From Candidatus Levyibacteriota bacterium (GTDB lineage: Bacteria; Patescibacteriota; Microgenomatia; Levybacterales; UBA12049): a stretch of 64,000 nt of DNA. Position 1 is the first letter of the stretch. Each line of letters opens with the position of its first letter. Location of the stretch: NCBI GenBank assembly GCA_049519175.1, contig JBEKQZ010000001.1, forward strand, positions 399,679 through 463,678, written 5' to 3'. The notes beneath the pieces were generated by a model that made no database searches, was not told where the DNA came from, and worked only from the letters and a program-made list of their open reading frames with translations. The translations under genes and the position numbers were made by a program. Below, one piece after another: positions 31,507-39,907 of the stretch.

Positions 31507-31644
31507 AATGCAGAAAACGAAATTCCAGTTTACAATTCCATGTTTTGAATAACCTAGATTTACTAGTTTTGGATTATTGGCACATTCTTATCAAAATAAT
31601 TAGTGTTCTACATTCTTAATTATGATTAACTGTATAATGTAAGC

Positions 31645-32328
31645 GTGAAGATTATCATTTTTTCAGATACTCACTTAACCACTGATTTTGAGGAAGATAG
31701 ATTCCGTTTTCTTAAGCATATAATTTCTCAGGCGGATAAGGTTATCATTAACGGAGACTTTTGGGAAGGGTGGCAAATAACATTCTCAGAATTTATCGAA
31801 TCTCCTTGGAATAAACTCTTTCCGTTCTTAAAAGGAAAAGAGACCATCTATCTTTATGGGAATCATGATAAAAAAGAATACTGCGATAAACGGGTTTTTC
31901 TATTTTCTTCTCACCAGGCTACGCACTATAAATTCAAGATAGGTAATCAATCGTTTTTTGTAGAACATGGTGATAGAATTAACTTTGCCTACAAGAAGCT
32001 TTTCTATAAACAATTCTTCAAAAGTATTTCTCACTATCCCTTCTTTGTAAAGAGAGCTGCTCTCCTCGAGAAGATAATTGTAAAATCTGGTCTAAAAAGG
32101 CTTCTTGATAGAAATGGACGACTATTAACATTCGAGATAATTAAACAGAGGGACCATGAAAAAGGGAATAGCGAAATATATATTTGCGGCCATACCCATT
32201 TAGGCTTCTATGACAAGAAACACCAATTTCTTAATGATGGATTTATTAGACACGGTGTAGGACAATATGTTGAAATAAATGAAAAGGGAGAAGTATTTTT
32301 GCGTGATATGAACTATTCTACGAAATAA
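31645..32328 (+). CDS. Metallophosphoesterase (calcineurin-like)
   Basis: SDTH, NGD, GNHD, EHGD, GHTH. Confidence 0.92.
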   Translation: MKIIIFSDTHLTTDFEEDRFRFLKHIISQADKVIINGDFWEGWQITFSEFIESPWNKLFPFLKGKETIYLYGNHDKKEYCDKRVFLFSSHQATHYKFKIGNQSFFVEHGDRINFAYKKLFYKQFFKSISHYPFFVKRAALLEKIIVKSGLKRLLDRNGRLLTFEIIKQRDHEKGNSEIYICGHTHLGFYDKKHQFLNDGFIRHGVGQYVEINEKGEVFLRDMNYSTK

Positions 32329-32400
32329 GGTTCGAGTCCGGTAATACGTAAATCCGTTTCAAGGCTAAACCCTAAAATTCTTCGAGGCCAATAAGCAATG

Positions 32401-32473
32401 GGTGGAAGACGGGGTTCGAACCCGCGACCCCCTGGACCACAACCAGGTGCTCTACCACTGAGCTACATCCACC
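32401..32473 (-). tRNA. tRNA-His(GTG)
   Basis: G-1 and C73; CCTGG-TT-GTG-GT-CCAGG. Confidence 0.95.
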
Positions 32474-32511
32474 ATAAGTAAATTATAGCATTTTCCTAAA
32501 GCCAAATAAAA

Positions 32512-33282
32512 TTAGAGTAAGTAGGGAACACGGTGTTTGAAAGAATTCTTTTTGGCAAACTCGATAATCTTGTCTGCATTTTTTAAGCCTCGCTTTTGGA
32601 TTTCTTCAACCGGAAGTTTTTTATCAAAATATAAGTTGAGGACCTGATCCGCTTCGGCGTAAGTAAACTCGAACTGACCCTCATCGGTTTGGTCTTTCCA
32701 TAAATTGGCTGACGGTTGTTTTTGAACAATTGCTTGGGGGACATTGAGATATTTTGCCAACTCATAAACTTGCGTTTTGTATAAATGTCTGATTGGCTCA
32801 AGGTCCGAAGCCTCGTCACCAAAGCGCGTAAAATATCCCAGTAAGTTTTCCGAACGGTTCTCCGTCCCGCAAACCAACGCATTTTCTTTTTTGGCCAAGT
32901 CATAAATCTTAATCATTCTAATCCTTGCCATCACATTTCCACGTCTAACAATATCTTCTTTGGAAATTTTAAAAGTATCAATCAGTTGGTCGACCATCGG
33001 TTTAATATGGAGGACATAAAAATTTTCCTTCGGCAAATTGATTGACTGAATTAACTCACTAATATCCTCGAGTTGGTTATCAAAGTAAGGAAGTGTGACC
33101 GCGTAAATATTTTTCAGCGGAACTGAATTTTTGAGTAAATAAAGAGTAGTTGCCGAATCAATCCCGCCCGAAACACCAATCACGACTTTTTCTATTTTTT
33201 GTCTTGCTAAAGTTTTTTTGATAAAAGCGGAAATTTTATCCGTTTCCTCTTTAACGTTAATTTTTAATAAATCATTTTGCAT
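32512..33282 (-). CDS. nadE: NH3-dependent NAD+ synthetase
   Basis: GVSGGIDSA, GNVMARIRM, GYFTRFGD, PSANLW..QTDE. Confidence 0.95.
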   Translation of the reverse strand: MQNDLLKINVKEETDKISAFIKKTLARQKIEKVVIGVSGGIDSATTLYLLKNSVPLKNIYAVTLPYFDNQLEDISELIQSINLPKENFYVLHIKPMVDQLIDTFKISKEDIVRRGNVMARIRMIKIYDLAKKENALVCGTENRSENLLGYFTRFGDEASDLEPIRHLYKTQVYELAKYLNVPQAIVQKQPSANLWKDQTDEGQFEFTYAEADQVLNLYFDKKLPVEEIQKRGLKNADKIIEFAKKNSFKHRVPYLL

Positions 33283-33841
33283 AAAGATTATGTTTCCGAA
33301 TATACTCTTCAACGCCTTCGGGCACAAGATATTTAATGGGTTCGCCATTTTTAATTTTCTCGCGGATGGCGGTCGAGGAAAAATTGGTGGTTAAAAGTTT
33401 TGGCGAGGAAACCACTTCAAAACCCTGCGGAATTATTTTTGGCAGAGCAGGCGGGTCTCTGGGAAAAACCAAAAAAGTTGCTAACTTTAGCAAATCGTCA
33501 ACATTTTTCCAACGGTGAAATTCAGATAGAATATCCGACCCGACAATCCAAAAAATCTCCGCGCCCGTCTGTTTTTTGATTTCTCTAACCGTGTCAATGC
33601 TGTAACTTATTCCGCCCCGCTTTATTTCAATGTCGGAAATCTCCATGCCCGACTCCAAAAAAGATTGCAGCATTGCAATTCTATCTTTAGGACTGGCAAT
33701 AATTAACTTCCATTGGTGCTGAAACGCGGGGACAAACAAAACTTTGTCGATATCTTTTCTTAAATCTAGAACCTGTTTGGCGACTAAAAAATGTCCGATG
33801 TGGGGCGGATCGAATCTTCCGCCTAAAATAGCAATTTTCAT
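33272..33841 (-). CDS. nadD: Nicotinate-nucleotide adenylyltransferase
   Basis: GGRFDPPHIGH, IVGSD, SSTAIR, YIRKHNLY. Confidence 0.95.
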   Translation of the reverse strand: MKIAILGGRFDPPHIGHFLVAKQVLDLRKDIDKVLFVPAFQHQWKLIIASPKDRIAMLQSFLESGMEISDIEIKRGGISYSIDTVREIKKQTGAEIFWIVGSDILSEFHRWKNVDDLLKLATFLVFPRDPPALPKIIPQGFEVVSSPKLLTTNFSSTAIREKIKNGEPIKYLVPEGVEEYIRKHNLYAK

Positions 33842-33849
33842 TTTCAAAG

Positions 33850-33922
33850 TGACCCGGGAGGGAATCGAACCCCCAACCTGGTGCTTAGAACGCACTCGCT
33901 CTATCCGTTGAGCTACCGGGCC
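33850..33922 (-). tRNA. tRNA-Arg(TCT)
   Basis: Cloverleaf GGCCCGG...CCGGGTCA; anticodon TCT. Confidence 0.92.
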
Positions 33923-34020
33923 TCAAGCAACATTTGACGTTGCCATAACTGTATTTTAGCAAAAAACAGCGCAAAACAAAAATTTATTTTTGTTGTATAA
34001 TCTTTGGAGAATTTATCAAC

Positions 34021-34869
34021 ATGAATAAAAAGCTCAAAAAACTCTTAATTGAACAGGCATTCCCGATTTTTCTGACTTTTTTAACCTTCCTCGGGCTGTC
34101 AACTTTACTTTACGGACTATTGCTTATTCTTTCGTCTTTTAACGTTGGCCAGCCGATTATTTTAGACTTCCGAAGACGTGAAGTCTTATTCGGCATCATT
34201 ATCTATTTAAAAACCGCCATTGATTTTGCCATTTTTACCGGAAATTTGATGAAGACAAATCCGGGTTGGAAAAAACGCATCGCGATAGAGCTCGGAACCG
34301 CAGTCGGCAATGGTTTCGGCACTTTCTTAATTTTGATCATCTGGACCGTCTTCAAAGCTATTCCGCCGCTGATGATAATCATGATTTTTATCGCGGCCGT
34401 TGTGTTGCTTCGCATGGCGCAAGAAAGTTTTGAAGAATTTTTAAAACAGCACCAAAGCTTTATCAAACTGAAAATGCCGGTTTCGCTTTTGCAAGACCAG
34501 TTGAATATCGTCAACAGGCTTTTCCGGCCAATCCTGAAATTCGTAGTGCCGAATTTAAATCTAACCAAAACCAAGAAATTATCGTTTATAAACCTAATCG
34601 TCTTTTCACTGACAATTCCTTTTGTTTTGGGACTGGACGACTTCGCCGGCTATATTCCTTTATTTACTTTAATCAATGTGTTTGGATTTTCGTTGGGCAT
34701 TTTACTCGGGCATATGCTTTTAACTATCGGGCTATTTGCATTTCCGGAAAAAACCGTTGAAGTGGTAAAACATCCTATTGTCCTCATCGCCGGAGGATTG
34801 GCGTTTATCGGCTTGGGACTCTACGGTTTCTGGGAATCGGCAAATATTTTCCTGGCGTGGGTTCATTAA
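34021..34869 (+). CDS. Multi-pass membrane protein (possibly CadD/LysE-superfamily transporter)
   Basis: About 7 TMs; repeated acidic motifs TAIDF and GLDDF..YIPLF. Confidence 0.55.
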   Translation: MNKKLKKLLIEQAFPIFLTFLTFLGLSTLLYGLLLILSSFNVGQPIILDFRRREVLFGIIIYLKTAIDFAIFTGNLMKTNPGWKKRIAIELGTAVGNGFGTFLILIIWTVFKAIPPLMIIMIFIAAVVLLRMAQESFEEFLKQHQSFIKLKMPVSLLQDQLNIVNRLFRPILKFVVPNLNLTKTKKLSFINLIVFSLTIPFVLGLDDFAGYIPLFTLINVFGFSLGILLGHMLLTIGLFAFPEKTVEVVKHPIVLIAGGLAFIGLGLYGFWESANIFLAWVH

Positions 34870-35008
34870 ATTTTTGAGCGGAAGACGCAAATTATTCCGA
34901 AATCCTGCTCTCTTAAATACTATTACATTTTACCAACTTAATAGAAGCGTATCAAACACCTACATCTTGACATATAAGGGTTGAGTAGTGTAATATATAT
35001 ATATTAAC

Positions 35009-35045
35009 GCCTCAGCCAGTACTGCAAAGTCCGCTGAGGTTTTTT
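35009..35045 (+). terminator. GNRA-capped hairpin plus U-tract between promoter and NYN gene
   Basis: GCCTCAGC..ACT-GCAA-AGT..GCTGAGGT-TTTTT, downstream of TTGACA at 34967. Confidence 0.7.
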
Positions 35046-35086
35046 AATGTTTACTTTCATTAATTTTAGATAGATAATAGCTCTAT

Positions 35087-35674
35087 ATGTCAAAAACAAT
35101 TCTTTTTATTGATGGCGAAAATTTTATCAATAAAATTGAAGAAGTTTTAAGAAATCAAGGAATTGATAAGAATAAAATAGACCTGGCCGTAATAGATGTA
35201 AGCAAATTATTAAAAGAAGCGCTTAAGGGACTTAATATCTCAAGAAAAATATTCTACGCTGCAAAATTACATTCTCATCCTGAAACGAGAAAGAAATCGG
35301 AAGAGTTAATCAGCTTTCAAAGAAAACTAAGAAATAATCTCGTAAAACACGGTTATGAGTTTATACTAGCTGGAAATGTTAGGGCTCAAAAAGTCGGAGA
35401 TAAACTTGTTTTTAGAGAAAAAGGTGTTGATGTAAGAATCGCAGTAGATTTAGTTTCTTTAGCTTGTGACGGAGAGCTTAAAACGGCTATTCTTTGTAGC
35501 TCCGATTCTGACTTGCAACCGGCGGTTAAAGAACTTAAACAAAGAGGAGTTGAAGTTATGTATTTAGGCTTTGAGAATAATCCTAATAAAGGACTTGCAT
35601 ATACTACAGACAGGACAGTTCTTCTTAGGAATCCTGAGGTGATTGGAGCCTGTCCTCAATTGGTGAGAAAATAA
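35087..35674 (+). CDS. NYN (LabA/DUF88) domain ribonuclease-like protein
   Basis: FIDGENF, EKGVDV..AVD, SSDSDL.P. Confidence 0.92.
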   Translation: MSKTILFIDGENFINKIEEVLRNQGIDKNKIDLAVIDVSKLLKEALKGLNISRKIFYAAKLHSHPETRKKSEELISFQRKLRNNLVKHGYEFILAGNVRAQKVGDKLVFREKGVDVRIAVDLVSLACDGELKTAILCSSDSDLQPAVKELKQRGVEVMYLGFENNPNKGLAYTTDRTVLLRNPEVIGACPQLVRK

Positions 35675-35821
35675 TTTAAGGACTATGAGGTCGAGTTCGA
35701 GTCCCGTCCCCGGAAAACTTTTTTGAAGCTAACAAAGAATCAAAAGAAATACTACATTATATTCTACGATTAGCCCGCTATATCAATATATTCGACACTT
35801 TGATGAACAAGGTGCCCCGTC

Positions 35822-35896
<75 letters not shown>

Positions 35897-35928
35897 AAGC
35901 CTATACTATTATATATACTAAAGTTAAT

Positions 35929-36004
35929 TGGTCGGGGAAAGAGGACTCGAACCTCCGACCTCACGGTCCCAAACCGCGCGCTCTACCAACTGAGCTATTC
36001 CCCG
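35929..36004 (-). tRNA. tRNA-Pro(TGG)
   Basis: CGCGG-TT-TGG-GA-CCGTG; encoded CCA. Confidence 0.96.
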
Positions 36005-36019
36005 AAAAAATGTAAGGGG

Positions 36020-36104
36020 TGCCGCGGGAGAGAGTCGAACTCTCACGCCCGATTAAAGGCAAAGGCTCTTAAGGCCCTCGTGTATACCATTTCACCACCG
36101 CGGC
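36020..36104 (-). tRNA. tRNA-Leu(TAA)
   Basis: AGGGC-CT-TAA-GA-GCCTT; long variable arm. Confidence 0.95.
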
Positions 36105-36185
36105 GCGTATAGACTCGACCCCGACAAGCGGGAACAGCGGTCGAGACTAACGTATCTACAATTTTACCTTAAGAAGTAAATATAA

Positions 36186-37151
36186 TCAACCGTGCGGGGG
36201 CGGGGTGATACCGAGGGATTTTAAAGAATAATCCAAAAGCTCAATCATTTCACCGCGCCTGTCACCGCTGCCTAAAACAACACCGATAATCTTATGTCCG
36301 CCGTAATCTAAATATGTCACCAAACACAAACCCGCCTCCGGCGTGTAACCGTCCTTAACGCCCTTAACTCCCGGATAGCTGGTTAATAAATTAGTTTCGT
36401 TTTCCAGATAAAAAGCTTTGTGAGTAGCGGTTTGGGGAATATTATAATCGAAGGTCGAAACTACTTGAGCGAACAAAGGAAAATTCGTCAACGTATATTC
36501 CGTCATCACGGTTAGATCATAAGCGGTTGTATATTGTTTGCCATCGCCCTCCAGTCCGGTCGGATTAGTAAAATGCGTATCCGTTAATCCAAGCGATTTT
36601 ACTTTATTATTCATCGCCTGGATAAAAGCGCTTCTCCCACCCGGAAAATTATTGGCCAGCACTTCGGCCGCATCATTTGCGCTATGCAACATCATTCCGT
36701 ACATCAATTCTTCCAGAGAAAGCCTTTCGCCGGCATCCAAACCCATTGAATCTTCACCCACTAAATCATCTTTACTAACAACATAGGTATCGTCTTTCTT
36801 TTTGTTTTCCAAAGCCACAATCACGGTCATAATTTTGGTTAGCGATGCCATCGGCAATCTTTCGGTGGGATTTTTAGAATAGAGCACTTCTTTAGTCGTC
36901 GTATCAAAAACTAAAGCAGACTTGGCAGTAATGTTTGGCGATTGTAAATTAGCGGAAATCCGATTTTTTAAAGACGGCAGCCATAAATTAAGCGTTGAAA
37001 CTTCCTTATTGGCAAGAATCGTGAGGAAATTCGGAATCGGGGAGACAAGCGAAGATTTATTGCCAGAGGCTTGTGAATAAATATTATTGGCTAAAAAACC
37101 GGTCAGAACTAAAATCCCCAAAACAACCAGCAAAAATATAATTTTCTTCAC
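36186..37151 (-). CDS. D-alanyl-D-alanine carboxypeptidase (peptidase S11)
   Basis: ASLTK (SxxK), SAN (SxN), NPTGL, GVKDG (KTG variant). Confidence 0.92.
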   Translation of the reverse strand: MKKIIFLLVVLGILVLTGFLANNIYSQASGNKSSLVSPIPNFLTILANKEVSTLNLWLPSLKNRISANLQSPNITAKSALVFDTTTKEVLYSKNPTERLPMASLTKIMTVIVALENKKKDDTYVVSKDDLVGEDSMGLDAGERLSLEELMYGMMLHSANDAAEVLANNFPGGRSAFIQAMNNKVKSLGLTDTHFTNPTGLEGDGKQYTTAYDLTVMTEYTLTNFPLFAQVVSTFDYNIPQTATHKAFYLENETNLLTSYPGVKGVKDGYTPEAGLCLVTYLDYGGHKIIGVVLGSGDRRGEMIELLDYSLKSLGITPPPHG

Positions 37152-37262
37152 AAAGATTTATTCTACACGATTTTTCCTCTTTATTGAAGCCTGAAGGTTA
37201 TTTTGGTATCATACAAACAGACCCTTAATCCAAAATCCTAAGGGCATAAGGAGGTGAGACTT

Positions 37263-37517
37263 ATGGCAGATAAAGATTTGGTAGGGAAAGTTATCCACTA
37301 CTTCGACAAAATTGGCGTTGCGGTAGTAAAACTTGATAAAGCTTTGAAGGTTGGGGACAAAGTAAAATTCGTCCACGGCGAAAAAGAATTTGAGCAAGTA
37401 ATCGAATCAATGCAACTTGAGCACGAACAAATTAGCGCGGGCAAAAAAGGGCAGGAAGTTGCAATCAAAGTTAACGAGGAAGCAAAATCAGGAACACTTG
37501 TTTATTTTGTAAAATAA
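37263..37517 (+). CDS. Translation elongation factor-like beta-barrel protein (EF-Tu domain II-like)
   Basis: GKVIHYFDKIGVAVV...LKVGD...QVIESMQ; AAGGAGGT SD. Confidence 0.8.
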   Translation: MADKDLVGKVIHYFDKIGVAVVKLDKALKVGDKVKFVHGEKEFEQVIESMQLEHEQISAGKKGQEVAIKVNEEAKSGTLVYFVK

Positions 37518-37603
37518 TTGTTGTCGGATCATAAAGAAATAGAAAGTGAACTTTGATGTTCGAACAAGAGTTATGTATACTAGATACTATAGCCTTTGTT
37601 CAT

Positions 37604-38305
37604 ATGAAAGGACGACTAAAAGAGGAAGCAATTAGTTTAAGACGCGAAGGATTATCATATTCGGAAATACTCCAAAGAATACCTGTAGCAAAATCAACAC
37701 TATCATTGTGGCTTAGATCCGTAGAACTCTCCAGAGAACAAACGCAAAGACTCACTGAAAAAAAATTATTAGCTATTCAAAGAGGCGGTCAAAGTAGGAG
37801 AAATTGGAGACTTTCTACAACAAAATCAATTAAGAAACAGGCACACTTGGAAATTAAAAAGAGAATTAAAAGAATAGATGCAAGAGATTTGTGGTTAATG
37901 GGCATTATGCTTTATTGGGCTGAAGGAGCAAAAGATAAAGAATATAAGCCTGGTCAAAGTGTAATTTTTTGTAATTCAGATCCGTTAATGATAAGAATAT
38001 TCCTAAAATGGCTTGATATTTGCTTAAAAATTCCAAACAAGAATATACAGTTTTCAATATATATTCACGAAAACCATCAACATAATATTGAAAAAATCAA
38101 AGTATTCTGGTCTAATGCGACTGGATATTTAATAGAAAACTTTGATAAAATATACTACAAGAAGCACAAAGCAAGAGTTTACAGAAGAAATACCGAGGAA
38201 AATTATCATGGTTTATTAAGAATCAGGATTAGAAAAAGTAGTGCTTTAAACAGAAGAATATCGGGGTGGATAGAAGAAATTTATGTTCAATGCCGGGTCG
38301 TCTAA
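37604..38305 (+). CDS. HTH plus LAGLIDADG-like endonuclease family protein ending inside tRNA-Gln
   Basis: HTH (LRREGLSYSEI...KSTLSLWL), GIMLYWAEG helix, FCNSDP; TAA lies inside the tRNA. Confidence 0.7.
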   Translation: MKGRLKEEAISLRREGLSYSEILQRIPVAKSTLSLWLRSVELSREQTQRLTEKKLLAIQRGGQSRRNWRLSTTKSIKKQAHLEIKKRIKRIDARDLWLMGIMLYWAEGAKDKEYKPGQSVIFCNSDPLMIRIFLKWLDICLKIPNKNIQFSIYIHENHQHNIEKIKVFWSNATGYLIENFDKIYYKKHKARVYRRNTEENYHGLLRIRIRKSSALNRRISGWIEEIYVQCRVV

Positions 38306-38361
38306 TGGTAGGACGGTAGTCTTTGGAGCTACCTATTTTGGTTCGAATCCAAGCCCGGCAG
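38291..38361 (+). tRNA. tRNA-Gln(TTG)
   Basis: U1-A72 pair; GTAGT-CT-TTG-GA-GCTAC. Confidence 0.95.
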
Positions 38362-38457
38362 CAGGATAACACGCATAGCGACCGTAGTGCCTCGAAGAGC
38401 TTGATTTTGCTTGCTAAACCTCCAAATATATTCTAGGAGATTCGTACGGGGCTCTTG

Positions 38458-39780
38458 TTATTCAGGGAGATTATTTACCTTTGTGGATACGACCTTTTGG
38501 TCGTGTATATAGAGTTGCTCGTTAAAAAGCTGGATAAGTTGCCTCTTTTTCTCTATATCTCCATTACTTAGCACTTGCCTTGCGTAGTCTCTTACGTCCA
38601 TTATTTTTGTCTCAGGGTCGATATCTTGCCTAAGAAGCACGTCATCTCTTATCTGTCTGTATTCTTCCATACCGTTTCTAATATCTTCTGTTAAATTAAT
38701 AAGTTGGGGATGAGCAATATAGGTAAAATTAATATATCGAAACAATGCCTTAACTAGTTTTTCTTCTGTAATATACACTTCGGGACAATCGTAATTAATT
38801 TGTCTAGTGCAATGATAATAAATGTGATGCACGGGATCTCTGAATTTTCTCAGTCGATTTCTTTCTTCTCCCACCAGACTTGATCCGCATGAGGCACATT
38901 TAAATAACCCTTTAAACGTAAAAGTTTTGCTGCCCCATTTTGATTTTGGAGGAACATATAGTTGCTTTTGGACTTTTTCAAAAAGCTCCTTTGTGATTAA
39001 AGGTTCGTAGGAGCCTTTATACCAATTCCCACTACCAATGGGGTACTCAAATTCTCCATAATAAAATGGATTTTTTAGTATTTGGAATACTTGACTTAAG
39101 GTAGTTGGTATCCCTGATCTATTAGTAAATCCTTTCTTAATTAACCAATTTCTAATTTTCCTGCCAGATGCTTTCTCGTATGCAACCTTCTTGAAAATCT
39201 GGGCAATAACTGGTCCACGCTCCTGATCAACAATTACATCCTTAACGCCATTAAAAGCCCGATTAAAATATCCAAGTGGTGCCATTCCCGGACGGAAACC
39301 CATTTTGCATTTGGCTCTTATTCCTCTTTTAACATTTAGTCCTTTCTGGTCATTCTCGAGTTTTGCCTGAGAACAGAGAATCATTAAAAGAAATTTCTCA
39401 TTAGGGTTATTTGAAAATACTTGTGAATACGTTTTAATTCGAATAAGTTTCTTTTGATCAATTAAATCTACAATCATTCCTAAGTCTCCAGCGTTTCGAC
39501 TCAACCTATCTGGTGCCCAAGTAAGAATGCCAGTAAATACACCATTTCTAATATCACTCAGTAATTGCTTGAAAACGGGGCGTTGTCCTGATTGCTTTGC
39601 GGAATGGCTTTCTTTCTTCACGTCCTTGATAATTAATCCTTCTTTTTGGGCTAAATCGGTCATTTCCTTGACTTGTGAATCTATGGACATTGCCTGTCTC
39701 TCATCGTCTTCGGAAGACTTGCGAGCATATAGGCAATATAGGACGTTTTCGTTGTTTTGGGTATTATTTATACTCGGCAT
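38458..39780 (-). CDS. Large serine recombinase (resolvase, recombinase and Zn-ribbon domains)
   Basis: YARKSSE, DRLSRN, APLGY, NPFYYG, CASCG...YYHC. Confidence 0.95.
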   Translation of the reverse strand: MPSINNTQNNENVLYCLYARKSSEDDERQAMSIDSQVKEMTDLAQKEGLIIKDVKKESHSAKQSGQRPVFKQLLSDIRNGVFTGILTWAPDRLSRNAGDLGMIVDLIDQKKLIRIKTYSQVFSNNPNEKFLLMILCSQAKLENDQKGLNVKRGIRAKCKMGFRPGMAPLGYFNRAFNGVKDVIVDQERGPVIAQIFKKVAYEKASGRKIRNWLIKKGFTNRSGIPTTLSQVFQILKNPFYYGEFEYPIGSGNWYKGSYEPLITKELFEKVQKQLYVPPKSKWGSKTFTFKGLFKCASCGSSLVGEERNRLRKFRDPVHHIYYHCTRQINYDCPEVYITEEKLVKALFRYINFTYIAHPQLINLTEDIRNGMEEYRQIRDDVLLRQDIDPETKIMDVRDYARQVLSNGDIEKKRQLIQLFNEQLYIHDQKVVSTKVNNLPE

Positions 39781-39907
39781 ATTTGCAGGTCAACAGTACC
39801 GCAAAAATGCGAGAAAGTCTAGATGGACGATTTTGTTATAAAGTATAAGGGTTTATTTGTCCTACGCTTTTAATTTTTCCTTCAAAGTGTTAGTATTGAT
39901 CTATATT

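Noticed and set aside
33842-33895. nadD N-terminal extension overlapping tRNA-Arg
   Set aside because: NadD homology begins at MKIAILGG (33841)
36114-36145. Hairpin CTCGACC...GGTCGAG upstream of the Leu-Pro-Gly tRNA cluster
   Set aside because: Single copy with no U-tract or family resemblance; probably a tRNA leader or terminator structure
38340-38361. attR duplicate of the tRNA-Gln 3' end at the far side of the island
   Set aside because: No such repeat found by eye between 47 and 53 kb; serine recombinases need not leave one
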